Positions 18,430 through 28,008 of a stretch of DNA of 64,000 nucleotides are shown in pieces (position 1 is the first letter of the stretch; each line of letters begins with the position of its first letter). The stretch spans positions 3,883-67,882 of the forward strand of contig JAPLXR010000004.1 in NCBI GenBank assembly GCA_026395955.1. Direction: 5' to 3'. The notes beneath the pieces were generated by a model. That model saw only the letters and a program-made list of their open reading frames with translations. It searched no databases and was not told the DNA's origin. The position numbers and the translations under genes are program-made. This DNA comes from Candidatus Nomurabacteria bacterium. GTDB lineage: Bacteria; Patescibacteriota; Minisyncoccia; Phycocordibacterales; UBA9973.

Positions 18430-19353
18430 TTACATGGACAAGAAGTATCGGGACCATCTCTTCTCTCCGGTCTTTTTTAGGACACTGTCCTTGACCATTG
18501 AGACCAATTCTCTTTGCAAAGTTTTCTCTCCACATGATACGATAGTTCCTATTTTTGTGTCCTTTATATCTTTGATAGTGAGTCCATTAGGAAAAACTTT
18601 TTTGTTTTCTTTTATTGCTTTAACTATGTCTTCCCTTCTATTCTTTTTAAGTAAATCGAAGGAAGATTTCTCCTCCCCCTTCGCTAAGGGGGAGGTTTGG
18701 TGGGGGTGTTTTGATTTCATGTCTGATAAAGCTTTCATTAAACTATGTCCGTTTTGTAGTCCGAGTCTAGTAGTTTGTATCTGTCTCTTAGTAGGGATTA
18801 ATGCTCCATGTCTCTTAAAGAGTTGTCCTTTAGAATTGTTTACATTACTCTCAGTGTTATCTTTTATTTCAGAGAAATCATTACTTTCAATATTTTCATT
18901 TTGTCCTAAACCAGTAAAAAATTCTGACAATGAAAGTTCATTACTATATGAGCTTTCTGTTACAGAATTATATAGTTGAGTGAATTCTTTTTTTAGAATA
19001 TTTTTATTCATTTCAGAGATCATGGACACAGTACTTGCGATGTCCAAGAAGTTCATAATTTCTGAAATTCTTCCTTTCATTACAGACACGAGCTGGTGAC
19101 CTTCCATAGGATTTTTGAGTGCCAAGATATTTATGTCTGAAATGATATTTGCACCAAGTGTCCTTAACTTATTTCTTATTGGTTCTTCCTTGTCCATTAC
19201 ATCTGTAACAATATATAGAGCCATAATAAGCTTATTTGTTTTTGGATATGGTATAGAGATGTCCTTTAAATCAATCTCAGTTCCAACCATATTTATATGG
19301 CCATTATCAATGTCTTTTTGACTGTCCTTGAGATTTTTATTTTCTGGTAACAT
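18430..19353 (-). CDS. Hypothetical protein with helical N-terminus and putative C-terminal winged HTH
   Basis: C-terminal LTIKDI...GEKTLQRELVSMVKDSVLKKTGEKRWSRY resembles a DeoR-type wHTH; start moved to 19353 (TATAAT 7 nt upstream). Confidence 0.65.
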   Translation of the reverse strand: MLPENKNLKDSQKDIDNGHINMVGTEIDLKDISIPYPKTNKLIMALYIVTDVMDKEEPIRNKLRTLGANIISDINILALKNPMEGHQLVSVMKGRISEIMNFLDIASTVSMISEMNKNILKKEFTQLYNSVTESSYSNELSLSEFFTGLGQNENIESNDFSEIKDNTESNVNNSKGQLFKRHGALIPTKRQIQTTRLGLQNGHSLMKALSDMKSKHPHQTSPLAKGEEKSSFDLLKKNRREDIVKAIKENKKVFPNGLTIKDIKDTKIGTIVSCGEKTLQRELVSMVKDSVLKKTGEKRWSRYFLSM

Positions 19354-19404
19354 GGTTTCAATTATATATAAAGGACAGATAAATGCAAGGGCGACAAGAT
19401 AAAT

Positions 19405-19491
19405 GAACATGGATTATTTTCTTTTTCTCAGGTCCTCGGGTCGCCTTGCTAGGCTCAACCAGACCATTCGAAAAAGGAAATAATCCATGTT
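19405..19491. repeat. Inverted-repeat element, family B copy 1
   Basis: 22-bp arms aacatggattattttctttttc / gaaaaaggaaataatccatgtt around a GGTCCT...CCAGACCA core. Confidence 0.75.
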
Positions 19492-19529
19492 TTTAAAATA
19501 CTTTTAAAAATGCTAAAATATACTTACCT

Positions 19530-21737
19530 ATGGCAAAAAATGACAAAAATAAAAAAGAAAATTTTAAAGATAAGAAATCAAATAATATTGAAAAAAAGAA
19601 ATTAAAAAATGAAACTAAACATGGCATACTCGCCGTCGTTTTTTTTGTTTTAGCACTCTTCCTATTACTAGCAGGATTCAATTCTGCAGGACCTGCAGGA
19701 AAGTTTTTTAAAGAAATTTTTACATATCTTTTGGGAGTCGGTTATGCACTGTTACCTGTGCTCTTGGTAATGCTCGGATACTCTTTTGTTAAATCTGAAA
19801 AACCAGAAATAGGTATCAGTCGTGCACTTAGTTCTAGTTTGTTTTTACTCTCAGGATTAGGACTGTTTGATATCGCTTCTCGTAATCATGCTGGTGGAGT
19901 TTTAGGAGAAATAACTGCTGCTCCTTTCGTCGGACTTTTTGATGTTTATGCGAGTATTATTTTCCTCGGAGCAATACTAATAATTTCAATCTTGGTCATG
20001 TTCGATGCCAAGCCAATGTTGATGCCATATCTAGAAAAAATTTGGATGTTCCTAAGAGGTAAAAAATCTGAAAATGAAGATGATGAAGAATATGAAGAAC
20101 CAGTTAAAAAGATAGAAGTAGAAGATGATGAAGAGGAGGAAGTTCCAGAAAAAGTTATAGAGAAAAAGAAAGAAAAAATAAAAGATATTAAACCAAAAGA
20201 AGAGGAAGATTTACCTCCACCTGTCGGCGCTAGATACGTGTCTCATGCATACGTTCCTCCACCACTTTCACTCCTCGAAGAAGACAAAGGAAAACCAAAT
20301 ACAGGAGATATAAAAGCAAATGCAAATATTATAAAACGTACACTTCAAAATTTTGGTATCGAAGTTGAAATGGATGAGATCACAGTCGGACCCTCTATCA
20401 CTCGTTATGCTTTGAAACCAGCCGAAGGTATCAAACTCTCTCGTATCGTAGGATTACAAAGTGACCTCGCACTCGCACTCGCGGCACACCCTATCCGTAT
20501 CGAAGCTCCTATTCCCGGCAAGTCACTCGTCGGTATCGAAATTCCAAACAAAGTAAAATCAACAGTTGGACTCGCTACACTCCTCGCTGATGAAAAATTC
20601 CAAAATTCTGCAAAGCCACTCACTATCGCTCTCGGCCGTGGAATCTCTGGCAAGGCCACATTCGCAAACCTCGCAAAGATGCCACATGCTCTCATCGCTG
20701 GTACTACTGGATCTGGAAAATCTGTAACCATTCACTCTGTTATTACTTCCCTACTATATAGAAATGGACCAGACGATTTGAAATTTATCATGGTTGATCC
20801 GAAACGTGTCGAGTTAACTTTGTATAATAAAATTCCTCACCTCCTAACTCCTGTTATCACAGATGCGAAGAAAGCTATCCTCGCACTCAAATGGGCAGCA
20901 AAAGAAATGGATAGACGTTATGATATCCTCCAAGAAGAATCTGTGCGTGATATTAGTTCTTATCATGAGACAGTTTATCCAAAGCTCTTAAAAAATTATG
21001 AAAAAGCTCAAGACAAAGATGATGTCATGGCTAAAGTTCCAGAACGCATGCCATATATAGTAGTAATCATCGACGAGCTCGCAGATATTATGACTGCCTA
21101 CCCTCGTGAACTCGAGTCAGCTATCGTCCGCCTCGCCCAGATGTCTCGTGCTGTCGGTATTCACATCATCCTTTCTACTCAACGTCCTGAAGTAAACGTC
21201 ATTACAGGTCTGATTAAAGCAAACATTCCTGCTCGTGTCGCCCTCAAAGTGCAATCCGGTATCGACTCTCGTACTATTCTCGATGCTACAGGTGCTGAAA
21301 AACTTCTCGGTCAAGGAGACATGCTCTATTCTTCCGGTGAAGCTCAACCAGAACGTCTACAATCTGCTTATATCTCTGAAGGTGAAGTAAAGAAAGTTGT
21401 AAAATACCTCGCTGACGCTTATGTAGATGAAATATCAAATGAAATTTCATTATCTTCTGAAAATATTAGTCACGATAAAAGTATCTTTGACAGTAATCTA
21501 GAAGACCCAAACGAAGATACAGATGAAATGTACGAAGAAGCTCGTATTTGTGTAATGGAAGCCGGCAAAGCTTCAACTTCATATTTACAAAGAAAACTTA
21601 AACTCGGTTATGCTCGTGCAGCGAGACTAATGGATATGCTCGAAGAACGTGGAGTTATCGGTCCTGGTGATGGAGCAAAACCACGTGAAATATTAGAAAA
21701 GATAGAACATGATGAGAATGGAGATAATGTGATATAA
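19530..21737 (+). CDS. ftsK: DNA translocase FtsK/SpoIIIE
   Basis: N-terminal TMs, GTTGSGKS, IDELAD, STQRP, gamma domain SYLQRKLKLGYARAARLMD. Confidence 0.97.
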   Translation: MAKNDKNKKENFKDKKSNNIEKKKLKNETKHGILAVVFFVLALFLLLAGFNSAGPAGKFFKEIFTYLLGVGYALLPVLLVMLGYSFVKSEKPEIGISRALSSSLFLLSGLGLFDIASRNHAGGVLGEITAAPFVGLFDVYASIIFLGAILIISILVMFDAKPMLMPYLEKIWMFLRGKKSENEDDEEYEEPVKKIEVEDDEEEEVPEKVIEKKKEKIKDIKPKEEEDLPPPVGARYVSHAYVPPPLSLLEEDKGKPNTGDIKANANIIKRTLQNFGIEVEMDEITVGPSITRYALKPAEGIKLSRIVGLQSDLALALAAHPIRIEAPIPGKSLVGIEIPNKVKSTVGLATLLADEKFQNSAKPLTIALGRGISGKATFANLAKMPHALIAGTTGSGKSVTIHSVITSLLYRNGPDDLKFIMVDPKRVELTLYNKIPHLLTPVITDAKKAILALKWAAKEMDRRYDILQEESVRDISSYHETVYPKLLKNYEKAQDKDDVMAKVPERMPYIVVIIDELADIMTAYPRELESAIVRLAQMSRAVGIHIILSTQRPEVNVITGLIKANIPARVALKVQSGIDSRTILDATGAEKLLGQGDMLYSSGEAQPERLQSAYISEGEVKKVVKYLADAYVDEISNEISLSSENISHDKSIFDSNLEDPNEDTDEMYEEARICVMEAGKASTSYLQRKLKLGYARAARLMDMLEERGVIGPGDGAKPREILEKIEHDENGDNVI

Positions 21738-21744
21738 AAATTTA

Positions 21745-21780
21745 CCTCACCCCGACCCTCTCCTTATAAAGTAGAGGGAG
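21745..21780 (+). repeat. REP-like element, family A
   Basis: cctcaccccgaccctctccttataaagtagagggag; a 23-bp core is identical to the reverse complement within 26733-26769. Confidence 0.75.
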
Positions 21781-21790
21781 AAAAACAAAC

Positions 21791-22144
21791 ATGAAAAACG
21801 ACGTAAAGAAAACAATAAAAATAGTTTCCCTTTTAGCTTTATTTCTCTTTATTATTATTTTTGCTTTCTTTCGCTCTAGAGAATTAGTCTTTGGAGTAAA
21901 AATTAAAAATATAAACATAGTAGATGGTACGAAATTCATAGGTAGCATACTACCTATCACTGGAAATGCTAAAAATGCTGTAGAAATAACGATAAATGGC
22001 CGTGAAATATCAGTTGACCAGAGTGGAAATTTCAACGAGACAATCGTTCTCCTTTCGGGTTATAATATAGTAGATATAAAGGCCAAAGACAAATTTGGTC
22101 ATAGTGATGAAAAAATTTATAAATTAATGTATTTAGGTTTGTAA
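21791..22144 (+). CDS. Small membrane-anchored Ig-like domain protein
   Basis: N-terminal TM; ITINGREI..DQSGNF...GYNIVDIKAKDKFG beta-sandwich pattern. Confidence 0.7.
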   Translation: MKNDVKKTIKIVSLLALFLFIIIFAFFRSRELVFGVKIKNINIVDGTKFIGSILPITGNAKNAVEITINGREISVDQSGNFNETIVLLSGYNIVDIKAKDKFGHSDEKIYKLMYLGL

Positions 22145-22208
22145 TTTTTCTTTTCTGAGTTGGTCTGGCTGACCCCCTTCCAAGGACCCGAAGAAAAGGA
22201 GAAATTAC
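22141..22208. repeat. Inverted-repeat element, family B copy 2 (opposite orientation)
   Basis: Reverse complement carries TTTTCTTCGGGTCCTTGG...TCAGCCAGACCA...GAAAAG. Confidence 0.7.
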
Positions 22209-22228
22209 AAACCTAATAAAAATCAATC

Positions 22229-23284
22229 ATGATTAAAAAACCAAAAAAAGCGGGCAATAGTGAGACAATGGATAACAGAGCACTCGAAGATACACTGAAA
22301 TCAATTCAGGCGAAATTTGGTGAGGGTTCAATAATGAAACTTGGTGAAAAACCAAAAGTAGATATCGATGTCATCCCTACTGGATCCCTCGGTCTAGATA
22401 TGGCTCTCGGTATCGGTGGTGTACCTCGTGGCAGAATCTTAGAAATCTTTGGCCCAGAATCATCTGGAAAAACAACTCTCGCATTACATATCATCGCTGA
22501 AGCTCAAAAGAAAGGTGGTATTTGTGCATTTATCGATGCTGAACATGCCATGGATCCTGTCTATGCAAAGGCTCTCGGAGTAAAAATAGATGATTTACTT
22601 ATCTCTCAGCCAGATACAGGAGAACAAGGTTTAGAAATTACTGAGTCACTTGTACGTTCAGGAAAAATCGATGTCATCGTCATCGACTCTGTCGCAGCTC
22701 TCACTCCAAAAGACGAAATCGAAGGAGATATGGGTCAAGCACATGTCGGTAGACAAGCTCGTTTAATGTCTCAAGCACTTCGTAAGCTCACAGCTATCAC
22801 GGCTCGCTCAAAGACTACAGTTATTTTCATAAATCAAATCCGTATGCAAATAGGAGTTATGTTCGGTAATCCTGAAACTACTCCAGGAGGAAAGGCTTTG
22901 AAATTCTATACTTCTGTCCGTCTCGACATCCGCCGTATTGCTCAAATTAAAAAAGGAGAAGAAGTAGTCGGTGGACGCACACGTGTGAAAGTTGTGAAAA
23001 ACAAAGTCGCTGCTCCATTTAAACAAACTGAATTCGATATTATCTATGGTGAAGGTATTTCACATGAAGGTGAACTTATGGCTCTCGGAGAAAAGCTCGG
23101 CATCATAGAAAAATCTGGTGCTTCATATAGTATGAAAGACAAAGAAGGAAATAAAATATCAATGGGACGTGGTTATGATGCTACACGCACATGGCTCAAA
23201 GAAAATTCTAAGGTCGCTAAAGAAATAAAGAAAGAAATCGAACACCGTTTTGGAGAAATCCAAGTGACGAGTGCTGGGGAATAA
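22229..23284 (+). CDS. recA: Recombinase RecA
   Basis: [29 protein letters not shown]. Confidence 0.99.
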   Translation: MIKKPKKAGNSETMDNRALEDTLKSIQAKFGEGSIMKLGEKPKVDIDVIPTGSLGLDMALGIGGVPRGRILEIFGPESSGKTTLALHIIAEAQKKGGICAFIDAEHAMDPVYAKALGVKIDDLLISQPDTGEQGLEITESLVRSGKIDVIVIDSVAALTPKDEIEGDMGQAHVGRQARLMSQALRKLTAITARSKTTVIFINQIRMQIGVMFGNPETTPGGKALKFYTSVRLDIRRIAQIKKGEEVVGGRTRVKVVKNKVAAPFKQTEFDIIYGEGISHEGELMALGEKLGIIEKSGASYSMKDKEGNKISMGRGYDATRTWLKENSKVAKEIKKEIEHRFGEIQVTSAGE

Positions 23285-23287
23285 TAA

Positions 23288-23320
23288 ACCCCTCCTAACC
23301 TCCCCTTATCAAGGGAGGAA
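23288..23320 (+). repeat. REP-like element, family A
   Basis: acccctcctaacctccccttatcaagggagg. Confidence 0.65.
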
Positions 23321-23388
23321 ATTTGGGTTTGATTATTTAGTCCATTTTTGATAGGATAACTATATTAAAATTTAAATAAAATACATTT

Positions 23389-23967
23389 ATGGCAACACTA
23401 GAATACAGTGAAATAAGAGAGAAAAAAATAATATTACATGATGATGAGCCATGTGAAGTAATAGAATCACATGTAGCTCGTACTCAACAAAGAAAACCTC
23501 AAAACCAAGTGAAACTTCGTAGTCTCATTTCTGGCAAAGTCTTCCCTGCTACATACCACGTTTCTGATAAAGCAGACGAGGCTGATATAGAAAAAAGAGA
23601 AGTTACTTTCCTTTATCATAACAAAGGTGAATACTGGTTCTGTGAAGTTGGAAACAAAGCAAATCGTTTCAAACTAGATGAAACATTACTCGGAAGTACA
23701 GGAAAATTCTTGAAAGAAAATGAAAATGTTACAGCTTTAGTTTGGGATGATGACGGAGATGAAAAAACAATCGGATTGAAACTACCTATCAAAATGCAAT
23801 TCAAAGTGAAAGAAGCTCCTCCTGCAGTCCGCGGAGATACTTCAAAAGGTGGTAACAAATACATTGTCTTAGAAAATGGATCATCTATCACTGCCCCGAT
23901 GTTTATAGAAGCTGGTGAAGTGGTTATCGTAAACACAGAAACTGGTGAATACGTAGAAAGAGCATAG
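23389..23967 (+). CDS. efp: Elongation factor P
   Basis: PPAVRGDTS, APMFIEAGE, NTETGEYVERA. Confidence 0.95.
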   Translation: MATLEYSEIREKKIILHDDEPCEVIESHVARTQQRKPQNQVKLRSLISGKVFPATYHVSDKADEADIEKREVTFLYHNKGEYWFCEVGNKANRFKLDETLLGSTGKFLKENENVTALVWDDDGDEKTIGLKLPIKMQFKVKEAPPAVRGDTSKGGNKYIVLENGSSITAPMFIEAGEVVIVNTETGEYVERA

Positions 23968-23981
23968 TAATAATATTTCTA

Positions 23982-24013
23982 AATTAAAAACTCCCATCTG
24001 GGAGTTTTTAATT
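23982..24013. terminator. efp terminator
   Basis: aattaaaaactccc-atct-gggagtttttaatt. Confidence 0.8.
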
Positions 24014-24247
24014 TGTCTAGAATATAATTCTTACATTACTTGACTTTTATATAACTATATGATAATGTGAGGACTGGTTTTGTACTTTGATAATATGTTT
24101 AAAAACATACTTTTATGTGAGTATAGGTAGCACTTTGGACGGAAAAATTCTTTCCAGTGTGCTCTCTATACTCTATTTGTATATGGCAATCGTTTGGTTA
24201 CCGCGAATATCGGGCCGGCTTAAAACAGTACAAAAAACAATAAAAGT

Positions 24248-26413
24248 ATGAAAAAAACAATGTACAATTGGCTATTAGTAGCTATCCTATTATTAACAGG
24301 ATTGAAAGTTAATGCGCAAATCGGCAATGCGAGTTTTGCTGTGAGTAAAGATAGTATTTGTTCTGGCGGTATGGTGTATGTACACAATACATCACCCGAT
24401 ACATTATTACCTGGTGTACAATTTATGTGGCAGTTGAATGGAAATGGCTCCCCTCAAAACTGGACGGGGTCTAGTGTTCCTCAAGGATTTCATCTTTGGA
24501 ATACTAACACTTACCAGATTAATTTAATGGAGTTAGATTCAAATGGAGTTTTCTTGGGTTCTTTTACAAAAGATATCCACGTATTCCCTGAACCTAACTG
24601 GCCAAATTTATCACCAAATAATCTTTCAGTTGAGTGTGGTCCTGTATTTATTACAGACAACAACAATACAAATGACATTTGGATGAATGCGGCAGGAGAC
24701 ACTCTAGGAACAGGTAGTTCAATTACATTGAACATTCCTGGATTTTACAATGTTTCAGCTATTAGTCCTTTTGGTTGTATTAATTCAAACCCTATGGGTT
24801 TCAATATACAACAAGGACAAACCTCTGTAAATATTGGATCAAATAGTATGAGCATGCCTTACAATAATGATAGCATTATCTACGGTTGCCAAGGTGACCA
24901 AGTTTTTCTTAATGCTAACATAAACTATATGTTTAATGGCGGAGGATTTGTTTGGGAAAATGGATCAAGCGCATGGAACAGAACAGTAACCCAAGCTGGG
25001 TATTATTCTTTAATCTATACCGGGGCAAGCGGTTGCAGTATTACAAAAACTGTTCATTTAATAATGAAACCAAAACCTCATCCTACAATCACAGCATCCG
25101 GACCAACAACCAGATGTGGTAATGAAAGTATTACATTCAGTGTAACACAAACATATATCGATTATACTTGGAACAATTGGAACTTTAGTAGCGGGAATCA
25201 AACCTTCATATCATGGAACTCAGGATATAACTATGTAGTAGTTACTGATACTAATGGATGCAAGGGTGTTTCAGATAGTATTTTTGTAACAGAAAATCCT
25301 GTACCACCACAAGCAACAATTACTCCAAGCGGTTGTAATTTAATTTCTGATATGCCAAATGATGGAATACATATCAATATCTGGAAAATAGATACACTTA
25401 GCACTATCATAGGAAGCACTCAAATGATTTCTCCTATGGTAAGTGGCGCCTATACAGATATGATTGTTGATGTGACAACAGGTTGTCACTCAACATCGTT
25501 ACCATACAGTTTTGTGTTACCACCTGTACCAGTAATTGTTGGAAATTTAGATATCTGCCAGGGTGACACAGCTCACCTTACAATATTTAATCCAAACCAA
25601 TACAGCCAGTTTTTCTGGTCGAATAGTGCTGATGGCCCTATCGATACAGCGACAGTATCTGGTTACATAAACGTTGAGGCTCAATACGGATCTCAGGGTG
25701 GTTGCATAGTAGTTAACCCTTATAGTGTTTATGTTACGGTACATCCAAAACCTATTGGAATAATAACTGCTAGTAACACTACTTTATGTGCCGGAGATTC
25801 AGTAACGCTTTCTGTTCCATCTGGAACAAATGACAGCTGGAGTACAGGCGAAGTTGGCTCAACAATTTACGTAACAAATGGTGGATATTACTCTGCTCTT
25901 ATGACAAATAGTTATGGATGCAGTTATGTAACACCAGCAGTTCATATAATTGAGCACGCAAAACCAAACAAACCGACAATTACCGGACCTTGTATACTAT
26001 CTACTAATAGTGGATTCTCTTCATACCAATGGTACGAATTAGACACATTATTAAACATGATACCCATTACAAGTTCTACTGGACAATTCTTGTCGATAGT
26101 TCACGTACCAAACTACTACACAGTAGGAGTTACTGACGCTAATGGATGTAGTAATACTTCCGATCCGTATTGGTCAAGTTGTGGAACAGGAATAAATGAA
26201 GAAACAAATACTATTTCTGAAGTTTATCCGAATCCGTTCACTAACCAAATCACAGTAAGATTTTCTGATAACAAAGAACATATGATAAATATGTTTGATG
26301 TTTTAGGTAAAGTTGTAATTTCTGAGAAAGGTCAAAATGAAATGACTCTGAATACAACTGAACTAAGTTCTGGAATTTACTTTATTCCGGGAATTGGAAA
26401 AATGATTAAATAG
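24248..26413 (+). CDS. Secreted Cys-containing Ig/PKD-repeat protein with T9SS type A C-terminal sorting domain
   Basis: Signal peptide ending VNA-Q; repeated 'Y.V.VTD.NGC' units; C-terminal VYPNPF...FDVLGK...LSSGIYFI. Confidence 0.8.
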   Translation: MKKTMYNWLLVAILLLTGLKVNAQIGNASFAVSKDSICSGGMVYVHNTSPDTLLPGVQFMWQLNGNGSPQNWTGSSVPQGFHLWNTNTYQINLMELDSNGVFLGSFTKDIHVFPEPNWPNLSPNNLSVECGPVFITDNNNTNDIWMNAAGDTLGTGSSITLNIPGFYNVSAISPFGCINSNPMGFNIQQGQTSVNIGSNSMSMPYNNDSIIYGCQGDQVFLNANINYMFNGGGFVWENGSSAWNRTVTQAGYYSLIYTGASGCSITKTVHLIMKPKPHPTITASGPTTRCGNESITFSVTQTYIDYTWNNWNFSSGNQTFISWNSGYNYVVVTDTNGCKGVSDSIFVTENPVPPQATITPSGCNLISDMPNDGIHINIWKIDTLSTIIGSTQMISPMVSGAYTDMIVDVTTGCHSTSLPYSFVLPPVPVIVGNLDICQGDTAHLTIFNPNQYSQFFWSNSADGPIDTATVSGYINVEAQYGSQGGCIVVNPYSVYVTVHPKPIGIITASNTTLCAGDSVTLSVPSGTNDSWSTGEVGSTIYVTNGGYYSALMTNSYGCSYVTPAVHIIEHAKPNKPTITGPCILSTNSGFSSYQWYELDTLLNMIPITSSTGQFLSIVHVPNYYTVGVTDANGCSNTSDPYWSSCGTGINEETNTISEVYPNPFTNQITVRFSDNKEHMINMFDVLGKVVISEKGQNEMTLNTTELSSGIYFIPGIGKMIK

Positions 26414-26435
26414 AATGCAACTATAATACAAATGC

Positions 26436-26469
26436 AAAGCCCCGTTAACAAAATGTTAACGGGGCTTTT
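26436..26469. terminator. Bidirectional terminator
   Basis: aaagccccgttaaca-aaa-tgttaacggggcttt between convergent genes. Confidence 0.8.
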
Positions 26470-26507
26470 ATTTGCACATTTTTCAAAAATAAATTTAATC
26501 TTGAAAA

Positions 26508-26708
26508 TTATTTAGCTACGAATGGGAGAAGTCCCATGAAGCGAGCATGCTTGATAGCTAATGCTAAAGCACGTTGATTCTTTGATGTAACACCAGTTCT
26601 CTTGTGATTCATTATCTTGCCGTTGGCATTGATAAATTTCTTCAAGATATCAGTATCTTTGTAATCAATGTGTTTGATATTGTTTGATGAAAAGTAATCT
26701 TGTTTCAT
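26508..26708 (-). CDS. rpsR: 30S ribosomal protein S18
   Basis: IDYKDTDILKKF, KNQRALALAIKHARFMGLLPF; no Zn-binding cysteines. Confidence 0.97.
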   Translation of the reverse strand: MKQDYFSSNNIKHIDYKDTDILKKFINANGKIMNHKRTGVTSKNQRALALAIKHARFMGLLPFVAK

Positions 26709-26724
26709 TATATTGTGTATTCCA

Positions 26725-26769
26725 TCCCGGCGCCCCTCTACTTTATAAGGAGAGGGGTTGGGGGTGAGG
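26725..26769 (-). repeat. REP-like element, family A
   Basis: cccctctactttataaggagaggggttgggggtgagg between ssb and rpsR. Confidence 0.75.
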
Positions 26770-26787
26770 TGCTAGTTAATAATTTTC

Positions 26788-27246
26788 CTAAAACGGTATA
26801 TCTTCTGGGTTTATGTCTTCTTCTGGATAGTCGATACCTCCATCTAAATCTTCATCTTTTGGTGCTCCAGCAGATACTGGTGCTGATGAAGCTGGTGCAC
26901 TACTGCCTCCTGTTGCACCTCCTCTAGGACCAAATTGAGTCTTGTCAGCAATGATTTCAGTACGATATTTCTTACTGCCATCTTTGTCGTCCCAAGAACG
27001 TGTCTGCATTCTTCCTTCGACGAGCATAGAGTTACCCTTTTTCATATATTGAGCAACTGTTTCTGCTTGGCGTCCGAAAACTACAACATTGTGGTAGTCA
27101 GCAGATTCTTGCTTTGCACCATTTTTATCTTTCCAAACACGATTTGTCGCAAGAGAAAATGAACAAACTTTTATTCCAGAAGGAAGTGCTTTTAGTTCTG
27201 GGTCTCTTGTTAAGTTACCTATGACGATTGCTTTGTTTAAATACAT
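26788..27246 (-). CDS. ssb: Single-stranded DNA-binding protein
   Basis: GNLTRDPE, EGRMQTRSW, acidic DIPF tail. Confidence 0.98.
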   Translation of the reverse strand: MYLNKAIVIGNLTRDPELKALPSGIKVCSFSLATNRVWKDKNGAKQESADYHNVVVFGRQAETVAQYMKKGNSMLVEGRMQTRSWDDKDGSKKYRTEIIADKTQFGPRGGATGGSSAPASSAPVSAGAPKDEDLDGGIDYPEEDINPEDIPF

Positions 27247-27304
27247 ATGTTTATTATTTTAATTAACTTATAATAAATACTTTAATTTTTATTTTGTTAT
27301 TAGA

Positions 27305-27787
27305 TTATGCTTCTATCATAGCATCGATTTCTTTATCGATTTCTTCTTTGTTTATTTCTGGAGCTTCTTCCCCTTCTGCACGGACTTTTGGAGTGTATTT
27401 CTTTGCAACAGCTCCTCCTGCAACAAATTTCTTTGTAGCAATTGTATTTTCACGAACAGTTTTTAATATAAGGAAACGAACAATTTTAACATCTAGATCA
27501 AGTTTCTTTTTTAATTCTAAAACTTTCTCAGGATCCATAGCAAACTTTACCCAACCGAAGTATGCATTGTCGAATTTGTGTTTCTTGTTTGCAATAATTT
27601 TTTCGATAGTATAAGCGAGTTCTATGTCTCTAGGCATTTCATCAGAAACTATTTCTCCATCGAGTGATGAAATAAGTTCTTTTAAATTACCATATTCTAA
27701 GGCTACATCTGCTTCTTCGATTGAATTACTCAAAAGGTAACCAACTTCATAAATACGAGCATCTGAATTTTTTGTATTATCTTCCAT
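27305..27787 (-). CDS. rpsF: 30S ribosomal protein S6
   Basis: YEVGYLL, LAYTIEK, IVRFLILK; rpsF-ssb-rpsR order. Confidence 0.9.
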   Translation of the reverse strand: MEDNTKNSDARIYEVGYLLSNSIEEADVALEYGNLKELISSLDGEIVSDEMPRDIELAYTIEKIIANKKHKFDNAYFGWVKFAMDPEKVLELKKKLDLDVKIVRFLILKTVRENTIATKKFVAGGAVAKKYTPKVRAEGEEAPEINKEEIDKEIDAMIEA

Positions 27788-28008
27788 TTTTGTTTAAATT
27801 TAAATTTATTAATATATGTCATGGCCATTGATCTATATAGATCAAATGCAATATAGACGACCTGCTATATCGAACATATATGCTTAAATTAGCAAAAAAA
27901 ACCTTATTTGTCAAACACAGAAATAAATAAAAACTAATAAAATTTAAGGAGTCGTGGGTCCCCTGTCCTATGTCTCCGAGGGCGAAGGCGGGAAAATTTT
28001 ATTAGTTT

